In this document: positions 28,596-39,767 of the stretch, in pieces
Layout: every line of letters begins with the position of its first letter
Numbering within the stretch: position 1 is the stretch's first letter
NCBI GenBank assembly: GCA_963837015.1
Contig: CAWIMI010000008.1
Location: forward strand, 3,035 to 67,034
Length of the DNA: 64,000 nucleotides
Reading direction: 5' to 3'
From: an uncultured Acidobacteriota bacterium
GTDB lineage: Bacteria > Acidobacteriota > Terriglobia > Terriglobales > Acidobacteriaceae
Position numbers and translations under genes: made by a program
The notes under the pieces: model-generated
What the model was told of the DNA's origin: nothing
Database searches by the model: none
What the model saw: only the letters and a program-made list of their open reading frames with translations

Positions 28596-29512
28596 AGCAA
28601 CCTCCAATACCAGCGAAAAAACTGGTCACCAAAGAACGAAGCAACCATCGCCATGCTGCCGAGGAACACTCCGAAGGGCATAGGAAAGCGCCGCAAGGCA
28701 ATGCTGGCCGAGGCCCATCCATGACGCCGCGCGAGGCTTGGCGGCTCGTGATGTCGGATGATGCGTCGGCGGGTGCGCTTAATCCAGACCACCATCACGG
28801 TCCACAATCCGGCCAGCGATCCCAGCACCGTCGCGGTGAACAGCGTGAAGATGGTCAAGCGGATGCCAAGAAACGCGCCCACCATCGCCATCAGTTTGAC
28901 GTCGCCGAAGCCCATGCCCTCGACCCCGCGCGCCCGCAGATAAATCGCCCCCGGGCCATAGATGAACGAAGCTCCTACCGCCGCTCCCATCAATGCCTGC
29001 AGCAACGACAGCCAGGGACTCGACGCGCTCGCAGCTGGTTGGTAGACCAGCCCGAACAGCATTTTCGAGAGCAAATCGTTAACTGGAACCACCAGGCTGA
29101 ACAGCAATCCCAGGGCAAATCCCGGCAAGGTCAATTTATCGGGTAAGAGCTGGGTTTCCGCGTCGGTGAAGATCAAGCCCACCAGCAGGAATCCGAACGT
29201 GCAGTACTTCAGCGTGGCCAGGGTGGGCCCGAAGTACGCGTAACAGGCCAGGAACAGCGCAGCAGTCAGCAACTCGACCACCAGATAACGCGGCGAGATC
29301 GCAGCCTTGCACTGGCGGCAGCGCCCCCGCAAGATCAGCCAGCTAAGGACCGGAACATTGTCATAAAATCGGATTGGCTGCTCGCACGCGGGGCACGCCG
29401 AGCCCGGACGAATCACCGACAGATCCCGCGGCAGGCGATAGATACACACATTCAGGAAGCTGCCAAAGGCTAGCCCCAGCGCGAAAATCGCCAATGCGAA
29501 TGCAGGGTCCAA
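28592..29512 (-). CDS. pilD: Prepilin peptidase (A24 family)
   Basis: FGSFLNVCIYRLP...CPACEQPIRFYDNVPVLSWLILRGRCRQCKAAISPRYLVVELLTA and GFGDVKLMAMVGAFLG, the two catalytic Asp regions. Confidence 0.9.
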   Translation of the reverse strand: MDPAFALAIFALGLAFGSFLNVCIYRLPRDLSVIRPGSACPACEQPIRFYDNVPVLSWLILRGRCRQCKAAISPRYLVVELLTAALFLACYAYFGPTLATLKYCTFGFLLVGLIFTDAETQLLPDKLTLPGFALGLLFSLVVPVNDLLSKMLFGLVYQPAASASSPWLSLLQALMGAAVGASFIYGPGAIYLRARGVEGMGFGDVKLMAMVGAFLGIRLTIFTLFTATVLGSLAGLWTVMVVWIKRTRRRIIRHHEPPSLARRHGWASASIALRRFPMPFGVFLGSMAMVASFFGDQFFRWYWRLL

Positions 29513-29780
29513 GGTAAGCTTTGCCCACTCCCTACCAGATTTATGCTGGTTTCGCCTCGATTATACGGTGCCGCGGGGGGCGGGATGCAGGTACTAAAGG
29601 GATGGTCCGGAAGGACGATGAGCTTGTAAAACGACAGGCGCCGGTCAGTCTCGCCCGGCGGGAGGCCCGATAATGCGGGCCGATCCGACCAGGTTGTTTC
29701 AAGTGTGGATGTCGACAAGTTGCGAAATCTACCGCGCGTGCTAGCATCGACCCACGAGAGCACGCCCATCGCAGAATCTG

Positions 29781-30347
29781 GTGGAAACATTCTCTAGCTC
29801 GGAATTACCCATGGTTGTGATCATGGCCGGCCTCCCGGGTACGGGAAAGAGCGCGCTGGCGCGTTCGCTTGCCGAGCGTATTCCGGCCGTGATACTCGAT
29901 AAGGACGTGATTCGAGCGGCGCTCTTCACGCCGGCACACGTCGAATATTCGCGCGCGCAAGACGATTTCTGTCAGGAGATCATGCTGCAGACCGCTGCTT
30001 ATCTTCTCGGAAGAAATTCGTCTTCGTGCATTCTCCTGGATGGCCGCACATTCTCACGGCGCTACCAGCGCGAGCGGGCGCTCCAGTTCTGCTCGGAACT
30101 GAAAAGCCGATGGGCCATATTGGAGTGCGTCTGCTCTGAACCAATCGCGCTCACGCGCTTAGAAAAGGCGGCCGCGGAGCGGATCCACCCAGCTACGAAT
30201 CGCGTCCCCGGTCTATACCGCCAGATCCGGAAGGAGTGGGAGCCAATCGACCACCCCAAACTCGTTATCGACACCGAAGCCAGCTTGGACTCTTGCGCCG
30301 AGCAAGCCATGCAGTACTTTGCTCAGATTGCAAGGCCGGCACGTTAG
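29781..30347 (+). CDS. P-loop kinase-like ATP-binding protein (AAA_33 type)
   Basis: Walker A in VVIMAGLPGTGKSALARSLA, size about 190 aa. No further specificity can be assigned. Confidence 0.7.
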   Translation: METFSSSELPMVVIMAGLPGTGKSALARSLAERIPAVILDKDVIRAALFTPAHVEYSRAQDDFCQEIMLQTAAYLLGRNSSSCILLDGRTFSRRYQRERALQFCSELKSRWAILECVCSEPIALTRLEKAAAERIHPATNRVPGLYRQIRKEWEPIDHPKLVIDTEASLDSCAEQAMQYFAQIARPAR

Positions 30348-30464
30348 CATGAGCAATCGGCGAAAACGAACAGTAGCGAGGATTTGGCGGCGGATACTGC
30401 ATGTTTAGAGCGGCTATTTTACGCGAAGAACTGCTCCCCGGGCTGATCGTTGCAGCCCAAAAGA

Positions 30465-30493
30465 TTGACACTCAAGCAACGCGCACCTAGACT
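30465..30493 (+). promoter_or_regulatory. Candidate sigma-70-type promoter upstream of nuoB
   Basis: TTGACA (30465-30470), a 17-nt spacer, then TAGACT (30488-30493). This is about 65 nt upstream of ATG 30560. Confidence 0.35.
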
Positions 30494-30559
30494 TGAAATG
30501 CTTGCAGCCCAACGTGCGGGCTGGAAGCGAATGCTGTGACGGAAACCCGAGGACGCCGA

Positions 30560-31120
30560 ATGGCTTGGCTACAAAACAAGTTCGAAAAGAATTTTCTGAT
30601 TACGACGGTGGATTACGTTTTCAACTGGGCGCGGAAGTCGGCGGTGTGGCCGATGACGTTTGGCCTGGCTTGCTGCGCCATCGAAATGATTGCTTCTTCG
30701 ACGGCGCGCTTCGACATTGCGCGCTTTGGGTCGGAGGTGTTTCGTCCCAGTCCGCGGCAGAGCGATCTGATGATCGTGGCGGGCACGGTGACGCTGAAGA
30801 TGGCGCCGGTGGTGAAACGCATTTATGACCAGATGCCCGATCCCAAGTGGGTGATCTCGATGGGCGCGTGCTCGTCGGTAGGCGGCCCGTTCAATACTTA
30901 TGCCGTGCTGCAGGGCGTCGACAAAATCGTACCTACGGATGTCTATGTGATCGGATGCCCGCCGCGCCCGGAGAATCTTTTCTACGCGCTGCTGAAACTG
31001 CAGGACAAGATCGACCAGATGACTCTTGCCAAGAAGCCCACGGAAGTTCGGCTGGATCCGAATATGGTGGAGAATTTCAAGCGCCAGGTCATGATCGCGC
31101 AGACGTTGCAGCCGAAATAG
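30560..31120 (+). CDS. nuoB: NADH-quinone oxidoreductase subunit B homolog (solitary; no other nuo genes in the window)
   Basis: [23 protein letters not shown]...[46 protein letters not shown]...[11 protein letters not shown], containing all four Cys ligands of cluster N2. GAGGA lies 6 nt upstream of ATG 30560. Confidence 0.9.
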   Translation: MAWLQNKFEKNFLITTVDYVFNWARKSAVWPMTFGLACCAIEMIASSTARFDIARFGSEVFRPSPRQSDLMIVAGTVTLKMAPVVKRIYDQMPDPKWVISMGACSSVGGPFNTYAVLQGVDKIVPTDVYVIGCPPRPENLFYALLKLQDKIDQMTLAKKPTEVRLDPNMVENFKRQVMIAQTLQPK

Positions 31121-31179
31121 CTGTCAGCTTTCAGCCGTCAGCACTCAGCGAATCCACGTGACTGAATGCTGAGCGCCGA

Positions 31180-31482
31180 ATGCTCACCAAGCTGACCACT
31201 CAATCCGAACTTCCTCCTGAAGGCGAAGCCAAAGAATTTTCCTGTGGCGATAAGGTCATCTGCGTTGCCAATGTTAATGGGACTATCACCGCGATGGATA
31301 ATGTTTGTCTGCACCGCGGCGGGCCGCTGGGGCAGGGGACTATCGAGGGCGACAAACTGGTGTGCCCGTGGCACGGCTGGCAATGGGATCCGAAGACGGG
31401 CGAGGCGGCGCATAGTCCGGGGGCTGAGGTCGCGGTGTATCCGATCAAGATGGACAATGGTGACGTGCTGATCGAGGTGTGA
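31180..31482 (+). CDS. Rieske [2Fe-2S] domain protein (NirD-like small ferredoxin)
   Basis: CLHRGGPL...CPWHGWQWD, the CxH...CxxH Rieske ligands, in a 100-aa protein. Confidence 0.85.
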   Translation: MLTKLTTQSELPPEGEAKEFSCGDKVICVANVNGTITAMDNVCLHRGGPLGQGTIEGDKLVCPWHGWQWDPKTGEAAHSPGAEVAVYPIKMDNGDVLIEV

Positions 31483-32438
31483 ATATGACCGTTCCGACGG
31501 TGTCCGATACACGCGGCGTGCTAGCAGCGATCTCGGAGTTCCGGGACCTCGTGAACATTCCGAGGCTGCAGCAAGGTCTGATGAAAGACCTGTCTCAGTG
31601 GGGGAAGTTATGCAGTGCAATGGACGTCATCGAAGACACGGGCATGGCTATCAGATCCTATTCTTCCGGGGAGGAAACCCGTGACAAGGGAAGACTCTAC
31701 CTGGAAACCTACGGCGTTCTCCAAGCGTTAGTAGTGCAGCAGGATGCCGTGTCTGATCTGTGTGCTGTCCTCGGGTCATCGAGAGCGAAAGGCGACTTCC
31801 CTGAGTTGACCAATGTGCGGACGGCACGCGTTTCAGTCGCTGGCCATCCTACCAAGAGACAGCGCGACGGTGATGGACCCTATCACTTGGTTCAGATGAG
31901 CTTGGGTCGGAACAGCTTTGAGCTGGTATCGTTGTCGTCGGGCAGTCCCAAGTTCAAACACGTGAGTGTGCGTGACTTGATTCGAGATCAGGAAGCAGCG
32001 TTGGGCAAGATCCTAACGGGGGTAATCGACGACTTGAGAGACGCCGATGCTAAGCACAAAGCCAAGTTTCATGGGAGCAAGCTCCAGGCCGTTTTTCCCC
32101 AAACCCTGAGCTACAGTTTCGAGAAAATAAACGAGCATGTCCGAGGGGACACGCTCGCGCCTGTGGGATCGTGGGGAATAGAACAGGTGCGCAACACGTT
32201 GAATGACCTCCGGCGCGGCCTGGAAGCGCGAGAGATTCACGTCGGGACCTACGACTCGATAGATAACCTCTACGACCTAATCGAATATCCACTAGAACAG
32301 CTAAAGGCATATCTTAATGGGAAGGAGTCAGAGATATCGGGTCCGCGTGCCGCTAAGATTTTTTCTTTTTTCATCGAGAAGCACGTCGGCGAGCTACGTA
32401 CCATTGCAACTGAGATCGACGATGAGTTCAGTTCTTAA
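31479..32438 (+). CDS. Hypothetical protein, no family recognised (possible Rx5H HEPN-like motif)
   Basis: An uninterrupted 319-codon ORF. Its start (GTG 31479 or ATG 31485) overlaps or abuts the Rieske stop. It looks mostly helical, and the 3' half has visibly lower GC. The motif RVSVAGHPTKR follows a helix pair (GRLYLETYGVLQALVVQQDAVSDL). Confidence 0.65.
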   Translation: MNMTVPTVSDTRGVLAAISEFRDLVNIPRLQQGLMKDLSQWGKLCSAMDVIEDTGMAIRSYSSGEETRDKGRLYLETYGVLQALVVQQDAVSDLCAVLGSSRAKGDFPELTNVRTARVSVAGHPTKRQRDGDGPYHLVQMSLGRNSFELVSLSSGSPKFKHVSVRDLIRDQEAALGKILTGVIDDLRDADAKHKAKFHGSKLQAVFPQTLSYSFEKINEHVRGDTLAPVGSWGIEQVRNTLNDLRRGLEAREIHVGTYDSIDNLYDLIEYPLEQLKAYLNGKESEISGPRAAKIFSFFIEKHVGELRTIATEIDDEFSS

Positions 32439-32461
32439 CACTTCTGACCAGCCATATCCCT

Positions 32462-33709
32462 TTATCCCAAGTATTTCAGAAACTTTTCCTGCCGATTTTC
32501 GAAGCCTGGGAAAACCCGGTTGAGATCTTTGTTTCCCAGATGCTTGTAGACGGCTTCTCCCAGGACTTGGCGGAAGTCGGTGGTCACCGCCAAGTCGCGG
32601 CCCTCGTAGAGTTGGGATTGATCCAAGCCAGGCCAGCGTCCGTAGACCTTGCCGCCTTTGACTGGGCCACCCATTACGAACATTACGTTGGCGTGGCCGT
32701 GGTCGGTGCCGTGGTTGCCATTTTCGCGGGCGGTGCGGCCGAACTCGGACATGGTCACGACCACAGTGTCTTCGGCTAGATCGCCGAGGTCGGTCCAAAA
32801 GGCGGCGAGCGATTGCGAGAACTCGCGCAAAACGTTAGCAATCTGTCCCTGCGTGCTGCCTTCGTTGACGTGATGGTCCCAGCCGCCGATGTCGGCGAAT
32901 GCGACTTGAACGCCGAGATTCGCTTTGATCAGTTGAGCGAGTTGCTTGAGGCTGTCGCCGAAGCGTCCGTTGGGATAGTCGGCGCCGGCAGCGGGCTTGT
33001 ACTTGCCAGGATCGGCGGACTTCAGCATCTTTACCGCGTTGAAGGTTTCCTGTCCGGTGCCGTGCAGCACGGAGTCAACCGAGTGCTCGTACATGGCTTC
33101 GAAGGTGTTGGCGTTGGGCGAGGTTTTGGGATTGTTTCCTCCTACACCGAAGTCGTTAATGTTGTTGATGGCGACTGCGGGTTCGCTGCCGGAAAGAATT
33201 CGCGGCAGGGAAGGCCCGAGGGCGATGGCACGAAAAGCAGATTCTGCCGAAGTGGGCTGAGATAAAGAATGCAGCGATCGGTTCAACCAGCCGTCTTCGG
33301 TAGCCTTCACGCCGGGCGTGCCGGATTCCATGAAGTCCTGCGCGTCGAAGTGTGAGCGCGTGGGGTCGGGCGAGCCGGCAGCGTGAACGATTGCGAGATG
33401 ACGCTGCTTCCACAGCGGCTGAAAGGGTGAGAGCGAGGGGTGGAGTCCGAAGAAGCCGTCGAGGTCGATCACCTGGTTACGGGGAATATTGATGGAGGGA
33501 CGCATCGCATAGTAAGCGCGCTCGGCGTGGGGCACGACGATGTTGAGACCATCGGCCGCGCCGCGCTGGAAAATGACGACGAGGCGTTTGTTTTGCGCTT
33601 TCAACGATTCTGCAGCGTGCGCAGCGCGCGTTAAGAATGCTGGAACAGCGGCCGTGCCCACCACCGCGAGTGCGCCGTTTCTCAAAAATACTCGTCTTGT
33701 AATCGACAT
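32462..33709 (-). CDS. DUF1501 domain protein (sulfatase-fold, Tat-exported)
   Basis: Tat signal MSITRRVFLRNGALAVVGTAAVPAFLTRAAHA, plus ...GGWDHH...TVVVTMSEFGRTARENGNHGTDHGHAN, typical of DUF1501. Confidence 0.9.
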   Translation of the reverse strand: MSITRRVFLRNGALAVVGTAAVPAFLTRAAHAAESLKAQNKRLVVIFQRGAADGLNIVVPHAERAYYAMRPSINIPRNQVIDLDGFFGLHPSLSPFQPLWKQRHLAIVHAAGSPDPTRSHFDAQDFMESGTPGVKATEDGWLNRSLHSLSQPTSAESAFRAIALGPSLPRILSGSEPAVAINNINDFGVGGNNPKTSPNANTFEAMYEHSVDSVLHGTGQETFNAVKMLKSADPGKYKPAAGADYPNGRFGDSLKQLAQLIKANLGVQVAFADIGGWDHHVNEGSTQGQIANVLREFSQSLAAFWTDLGDLAEDTVVVTMSEFGRTARENGNHGTDHGHANVMFVMGGPVKGGKVYGRWPGLDQSQLYEGRDLAVTTDFRQVLGEAVYKHLGNKDLNRVFPGFENRQEKFLKYLG

Positions 33710-33760
33710 AAAGCTCCTGGCATCCAGCCCCTTAACATGGATCGACGCCTGAGGGTCCAG

Positions 33761-35728
<1,968 letters not shown>

Positions 35729-35935
35729 AGGGGCACGAGAGGTCGTTAGAATTATGAACCCGACGGAAGGGAAAAGTTGCTGGCCAAGAGGTTACCTTTG
35801 TACCCGCTGAAACCGGCTTCCCGGGCGGCAATTTGCCTCGGCGGTTGAAGCTGGCCCGGAGCAGCGCGGCTCATGCTGAAGCGCTGCTCCACCCAAATTC
35901 AGGCGCGATGATTCCGACCACTGTGTCCCACTGAC

Positions 35936-37465
35936 CTATTTGGAGCGATCCGCTTTGATGACGACTGAGGTAATGTCGTCGTCTTGCGGATCACCTTGCA
36001 CGAATGCCCGAGCTGCGTGATAAATCCCGTCCGCAATATTTAAGGCGGGGACTTGGTTGTGGGTCTGAATGTAGCCCAGGACGCGTTGAGCGCCGAACTG
36101 TTGTCCGTCGGGCGTGGTTGCTTCCATCACACCATCGGTGAGGAATAACGCGATTTCTCCCGGATCGAGTTGAATCTCGGGGCTCAACGAAAACTTGCTC
36201 ACGGAGAAGAGGCCGAGCGGCGGACCCGTGCTATCCAAGGTACACTTCACGTTGCCGGAATCGAAAAAGATGAAGCCGGGAACGTGGCCGGCGCTGGCGT
36301 AGGACAAAGTCCGGCGATCAGAATTCAGTCGCGCCAGAAACAGCGTGACGAAATGGCCATGTTCGAGGTCTTTCAGAAGCATCTGATTGACGCGGGCCAA
36401 GATGTCATCGAGCTCCAATTGCATAGCGGCAAAGCAGCGAACGTAAGCCCGGGTGAGGGCCATGACCAGGGCAGAGCTGAAGCCGTGCCCTTTGGCATCG
36501 GCCACAGCGACCAGAAGTGAGCCATCGGGCATGGAGATGAAGTCGAAATAATCGCCACCCGTTTCGTCGGCGGGATGAGCGGAGGCGCCCACATCGAAGC
36601 CCGGTATCACCGGTGGAGCTGCGTAGAAGCGCTGCTGGACATCGCGCGCAAGTTGCAGCTGAAACTCCTGCTCCTGCTTCTTTCTAAGCTCGGTGATGTC
36701 TTGCGATACTGACACAAAGTGGGTGAGATGTCCGGATTCATCGCGCATGGACGTGATGGTCTGTTGCGCCCAATAAAGTTCACCAGTTTTCTTGCGGTTG
36801 ATGACCATGCCTTTGAAGGCGGGCCCGTGAGTGAACTGGGCCCACATCTGACGGTAAAATTCCGCATCATGCAGACCCGATTTCAAGATTCGGGGAGTTT
36901 TGCCCAAGGCCTCGTCCCGGCCATAGCCGGTGGTGGCTTCGAAAGCTGGATTTACATATTGAATGATGCCTTGCGTGTCGGTCAGGACAACGCTGTCGGC
37001 GGTCTGCTCTATAACCCTGGAAAGTAGTACGAAGCTTTGCAGCGCTTCGCGTCCTCGGGTGAAATCGTGAAACATCACGACGCCGCCAGAAACCGCTCCG
37101 GCTGCATCTTGCAGGGGCCATGCGTTTACGCGGATCCACACTCCGGGTCGTTCGTGAGAATTGCGTACGAAAATGAGCTCATCGACAATCTTCTCTCCGC
37201 GAATGGCTCGAACCAGTGGCAGTTGATCGGGCGGAATAACTGAGGTTTGATCGGGGAGATACCAGCCTGCAAGCGAGGTTCGCGTGTTGGGCAATGTCTC
37301 GACAATACCAATTCCTAGTATCGATTCCGCGGCGGGATTGGAGAATAGAAGCCTGCCCTCCCGATCGGCGACGATCACACCCCAGGGAAGGCCCTCGAAG
37401 ATGACTCGCAAGGCGTCGGATTGCTGAGCCAGAGCTTCGTACTGATACTCCATTGTTATTGCCAT
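35936..37465 (-). CDS. PAS-domain PP2C-type (SpoIIE/RsbU-like) serine phosphatase
   Basis: Two PAS modules (WGVIVADREGRLLFSNPAAESILG; VVLTDTQGIIQYVNPAFEATTGY) and a PP2C core (GGDYFDFISMPDGSLLVAVADAKGHGFSSALVM...DDITSVVIK). Confidence 0.9.
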   Translation of the reverse strand: MAITMEYQYEALAQQSDALRVIFEGLPWGVIVADREGRLLFSNPAAESILGIGIVETLPNTRTSLAGWYLPDQTSVIPPDQLPLVRAIRGEKIVDELIFVRNSHERPGVWIRVNAWPLQDAAGAVSGGVVMFHDFTRGREALQSFVLLSRVIEQTADSVVLTDTQGIIQYVNPAFEATTGYGRDEALGKTPRILKSGLHDAEFYRQMWAQFTHGPAFKGMVINRKKTGELYWAQQTITSMRDESGHLTHFVSVSQDITELRKKQEQEFQLQLARDVQQRFYAAPPVIPGFDVGASAHPADETGGDYFDFISMPDGSLLVAVADAKGHGFSSALVMALTRAYVRCFAAMQLELDDILARVNQMLLKDLEHGHFVTLFLARLNSDRRTLSYASAGHVPGFIFFDSGNVKCTLDSTGPPLGLFSVSKFSLSPEIQLDPGEIALFLTDGVMEATTPDGQQFGAQRVLGYIQTHNQVPALNIADGIYHAARAFVQGDPQDDDITSVVIKADRSK

Positions 37466-37706
37466 GGTTAACTCTTTTGGTGTCGTGTCTGGTTGAGCAT
37501 TGCCGGACCTTTGGCAAAACCAGGGACAACAGGTTGGGTTTCGTTACGATCGAGCATAGGCAGGGAAGGAGGGAATGACTGGTACAGATCAATTATCGGC
37601 GAAGGTCACAAGAACTTTAGCAGCGGTTGATTTCTGGAGATTCCCGGAGAAACTTGGAGTTTGTGGCAGAAATTCCCTGCAACTCTGTGCTGGTGCCGGC
37701 TTCGAC

Positions 37707-37732
37707 GGATACCTCACTTGGTGAGGGATGAC
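37707..37732 (-). repeat. Possible degenerate REP-like copy
   Basis: The reverse complement is GTCATCCCTCACCAAGTGAGGTATCC. It has the same GTCATCC...GGTATC frame around a short hairpin. Confidence 0.4.
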
Positions 37733-37764
37733 AGGGCAAAAGATGGGGTGACAGAATCCTGGTC

Positions 37765-39057
37765 TCAGGTGAGGTAAAGACGGCCGTGATTCATTTTGTG
37801 TTGCAGGCTGGCGGCGAGTTGGTCGATGTCGGAGGCTGCGATGTCACCGACCAAGCGATCCTGGAGAAAGGGCGTGCGATTACTGCCGACGGTATCGCGG
37901 CGAATTTGCAGAAGCAGGGCGTGAACTGCGTTTGAGTCAAATTTCTGCGGAGTCAGCCGGACGATTTCATTCAGCGTACTGCCGAGCGAATGACGCTCAC
38001 GGTAAGGACGCTCGCTGGTCATGGCGTCGAAAGTGTCGGCCAGGCCGACGATGCGCACGGGCATGGGCAAATCTTCGAGCAGCAATCCGTCGGGATACCC
38101 GGAACCGTCGCTACGCTCATGGTGCCAGCGCACGATCTCGGGAATGCGGGGCCAGGGAAACTGGACACCGCTCACGATTTGATGTCCCACAATTGTGTGG
38201 TCCGCCATTTCCCGAAATTCCTCGGCATCCAGAGAACTTGGCTTGCCGAAGAGGCGCTTGTCCACGGCAACCTTCCCGATATCGTGCAAATAACCGGCTG
38301 AGCGAAGGGCCGTGACTTCGGTTGGATCCATGTTCATGGCTTCACCGATGGCGGAAGCGTAGCGGCCAACGCGCAGGGAATGGCCGTGAATGTTGATGTG
38401 CTTGACGTCAATGGCGGTGGCGAAAGCTTCGAGAGCATTGTCGTAGAAGCCGTGCAAGGACGCCATGAGGCGAAGATTTTCCGAGACACGCTGGGCCAGA
38501 GTCTGAGTGAGCGAATGATTGTGGACGGCGAGAGCCACGTAGTGGCAGAGCAACTCCAAGGACTCGAGGTCGCCGGAATCGTAGAGGGCGTCACCCTCAC
38601 GACGCCCCAGAGCGATGAGGCCGACGAGCTTGCTGCCGACCTTGAGGGGAACGATGCACTTGAAGAGCTCGGGAGCAACATTTCCGTTGGCGCTCAGGTA
38701 AAGGTCGGAGGAGCCGGAGTCCAGAATCAGCGGCTCGCGGGACGAAGTGAGAGCATGAACGTGTCTGGGCAGGAGCGGGATTACGGCCGGTTCCGGCATT
38801 AAGGTGAATCCCTCGGCTGCGATCGAGGTGAGAAGGGAGGGGCGGTCGCTATATGTAAAGAGCGCCCCCTCGCCGGAGCCGCCAGCCTCGATGGACGCCG
38901 ACAACATGGCGCGGGCGGTCTGGGGAAATTCACGCTCGGCCGTCATCTCCGGGCCGAGATCGGAGAGAGCTTCGACCGTTCGCAGAAGGCGCCGAAAGTT
39001 GTCTTTTTGCAATGGCACGCGCTGGGGAGCAAAACCACAGCAGAAAAAGAGTAACAT
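37765..39057 (-). CDS. GAF-domain HD-GYP phosphodiesterase
   Basis: HGHSLRVGRYASAIG...AGYLHDIGKVAV...HHERSDGSGYPDGL, the HD and GYP signatures, with a GAF-like N-terminal half. The exact start is uncertain. Confidence 0.85.
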   Translation of the reverse strand: MLLFFCCGFAPQRVPLQKDNFRRLLRTVEALSDLGPEMTAEREFPQTARAMLSASIEAGGSGEGALFTYSDRPSLLTSIAAEGFTLMPEPAVIPLLPRHVHALTSSREPLILDSGSSDLYLSANGNVAPELFKCIVPLKVGSKLVGLIALGRREGDALYDSGDLESLELLCHYVALAVHNHSLTQTLAQRVSENLRLMASLHGFYDNALEAFATAIDVKHINIHGHSLRVGRYASAIGEAMNMDPTEVTALRSAGYLHDIGKVAVDKRLFGKPSSLDAEEFREMADHTIVGHQIVSGVQFPWPRIPEIVRWHHERSDGSGYPDGLLLEDLPMPVRIVGLADTFDAMTSERPYRERHSLGSTLNEIVRLTPQKFDSNAVHALLLQIRRDTVGSNRTPFLQDRLVGDIAASDIDQLAASLQHKMNHGRLYLT

Positions 39058-39150
39058 GCACCTGGTAAACGAACTTGTTAGTTAGTTTGGTGCATCGAAG
39101 GCGAGAAGTGCACGGCATCGAAGAGACTAGCGGTCACATTGCACGGCGCA

Positions 39151-39729
39151 CTAGCGACGAGGTGTTTTGTTATGGATTGTTTTGAAGGTCATCTCGTTCG
39201 CGCGGCTTCCGGTCTGTTTTTTCCATTGAAAGAAGAGGTCCGAATAGGTTGCGGTGATGTAATCGGCGCGGCTGATTTGCAAAAGGCGGGCCGTGCGATC
39301 AATCCAGCGTGAAGCGCCTTCGATCTCGCCGAAGTTACCAATGGGGGTTTCATCCACGACCACGTGCCCTTTGGCGTCAGCCCACTCGGCGCGGAATTTC
39401 TCATAGCGAAAGGTCGGGGCAAATCCGAGAGTGTGAAGAATAGCGTCCAGCTTTGCGCCGTCCTCGATCTTCGTTTCCGTTTCCACCCGCGTCTTGTGGC
39501 GCCCTGTCTTGCCCTTGGCTTTGTGAGTCAGCAGCCATTCGGATCCATACTTCCGCAATCGAAGCAGCTCGCCGCGCTGGCGCAGCGGTTGGCCAGGCAC
39601 ATCATAGAGCGTATTTATTTCGTGAGTTCGGCGCGTAACCAGGCGAAAACTGAATGTGCGCAGCCGTTGATTGAGCGCGCGCAGGTCGTCAATTCGAAAC
39701 TTGATCTCGATCTCGTTGTGCAGGGCCAT
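39151..39729 (-). CDS. CYTH-domain protein (class IV adenylate cyclase / CyaB-like)
   Basis: The internal ATG 39729-39727 gives MALHNEIEIKFRIDD...LRLRKYGSEWLLTHKAKG...VVVDETPIGNFGEIEG, the ExExK CYTH signature. The 67 upstream codons of the ORF overlap the rhodanese tail and are rejected. Confidence 0.85.
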   Translation of the reverse strand: MALHNEIEIKFRIDDLRALNQRLRTFSFRLVTRRTHEINTLYDVPGQPLRQRGELLRLRKYGSEWLLTHKAKGKTGRHKTRVETETKIEDGAKLDAILHTLGFAPTFRYEKFRAEWADAKGHVVVDETPIGNFGEIEGASRWIDRTARLLQISRADYITATYSDLFFQWKKQTGSRANEMTFKTIHNKTPRR

Positions 39730-39767
39730 GGGAAGCAGTATAGAAGGCTCGGGCGTCGGGAATGTCA

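Noticed and set aside
29590-29650. SRP (4.5S) RNA-like motif GGTCCGGAAGGACGATGAGC with a GGAA tetraloop.
   Set aside because: Only a 4-bp stem closes the tetraloop. The conserved AGCA/GGAAGCAGCC 3' side is absent, and the flanks do not form the long SRP hairpin.
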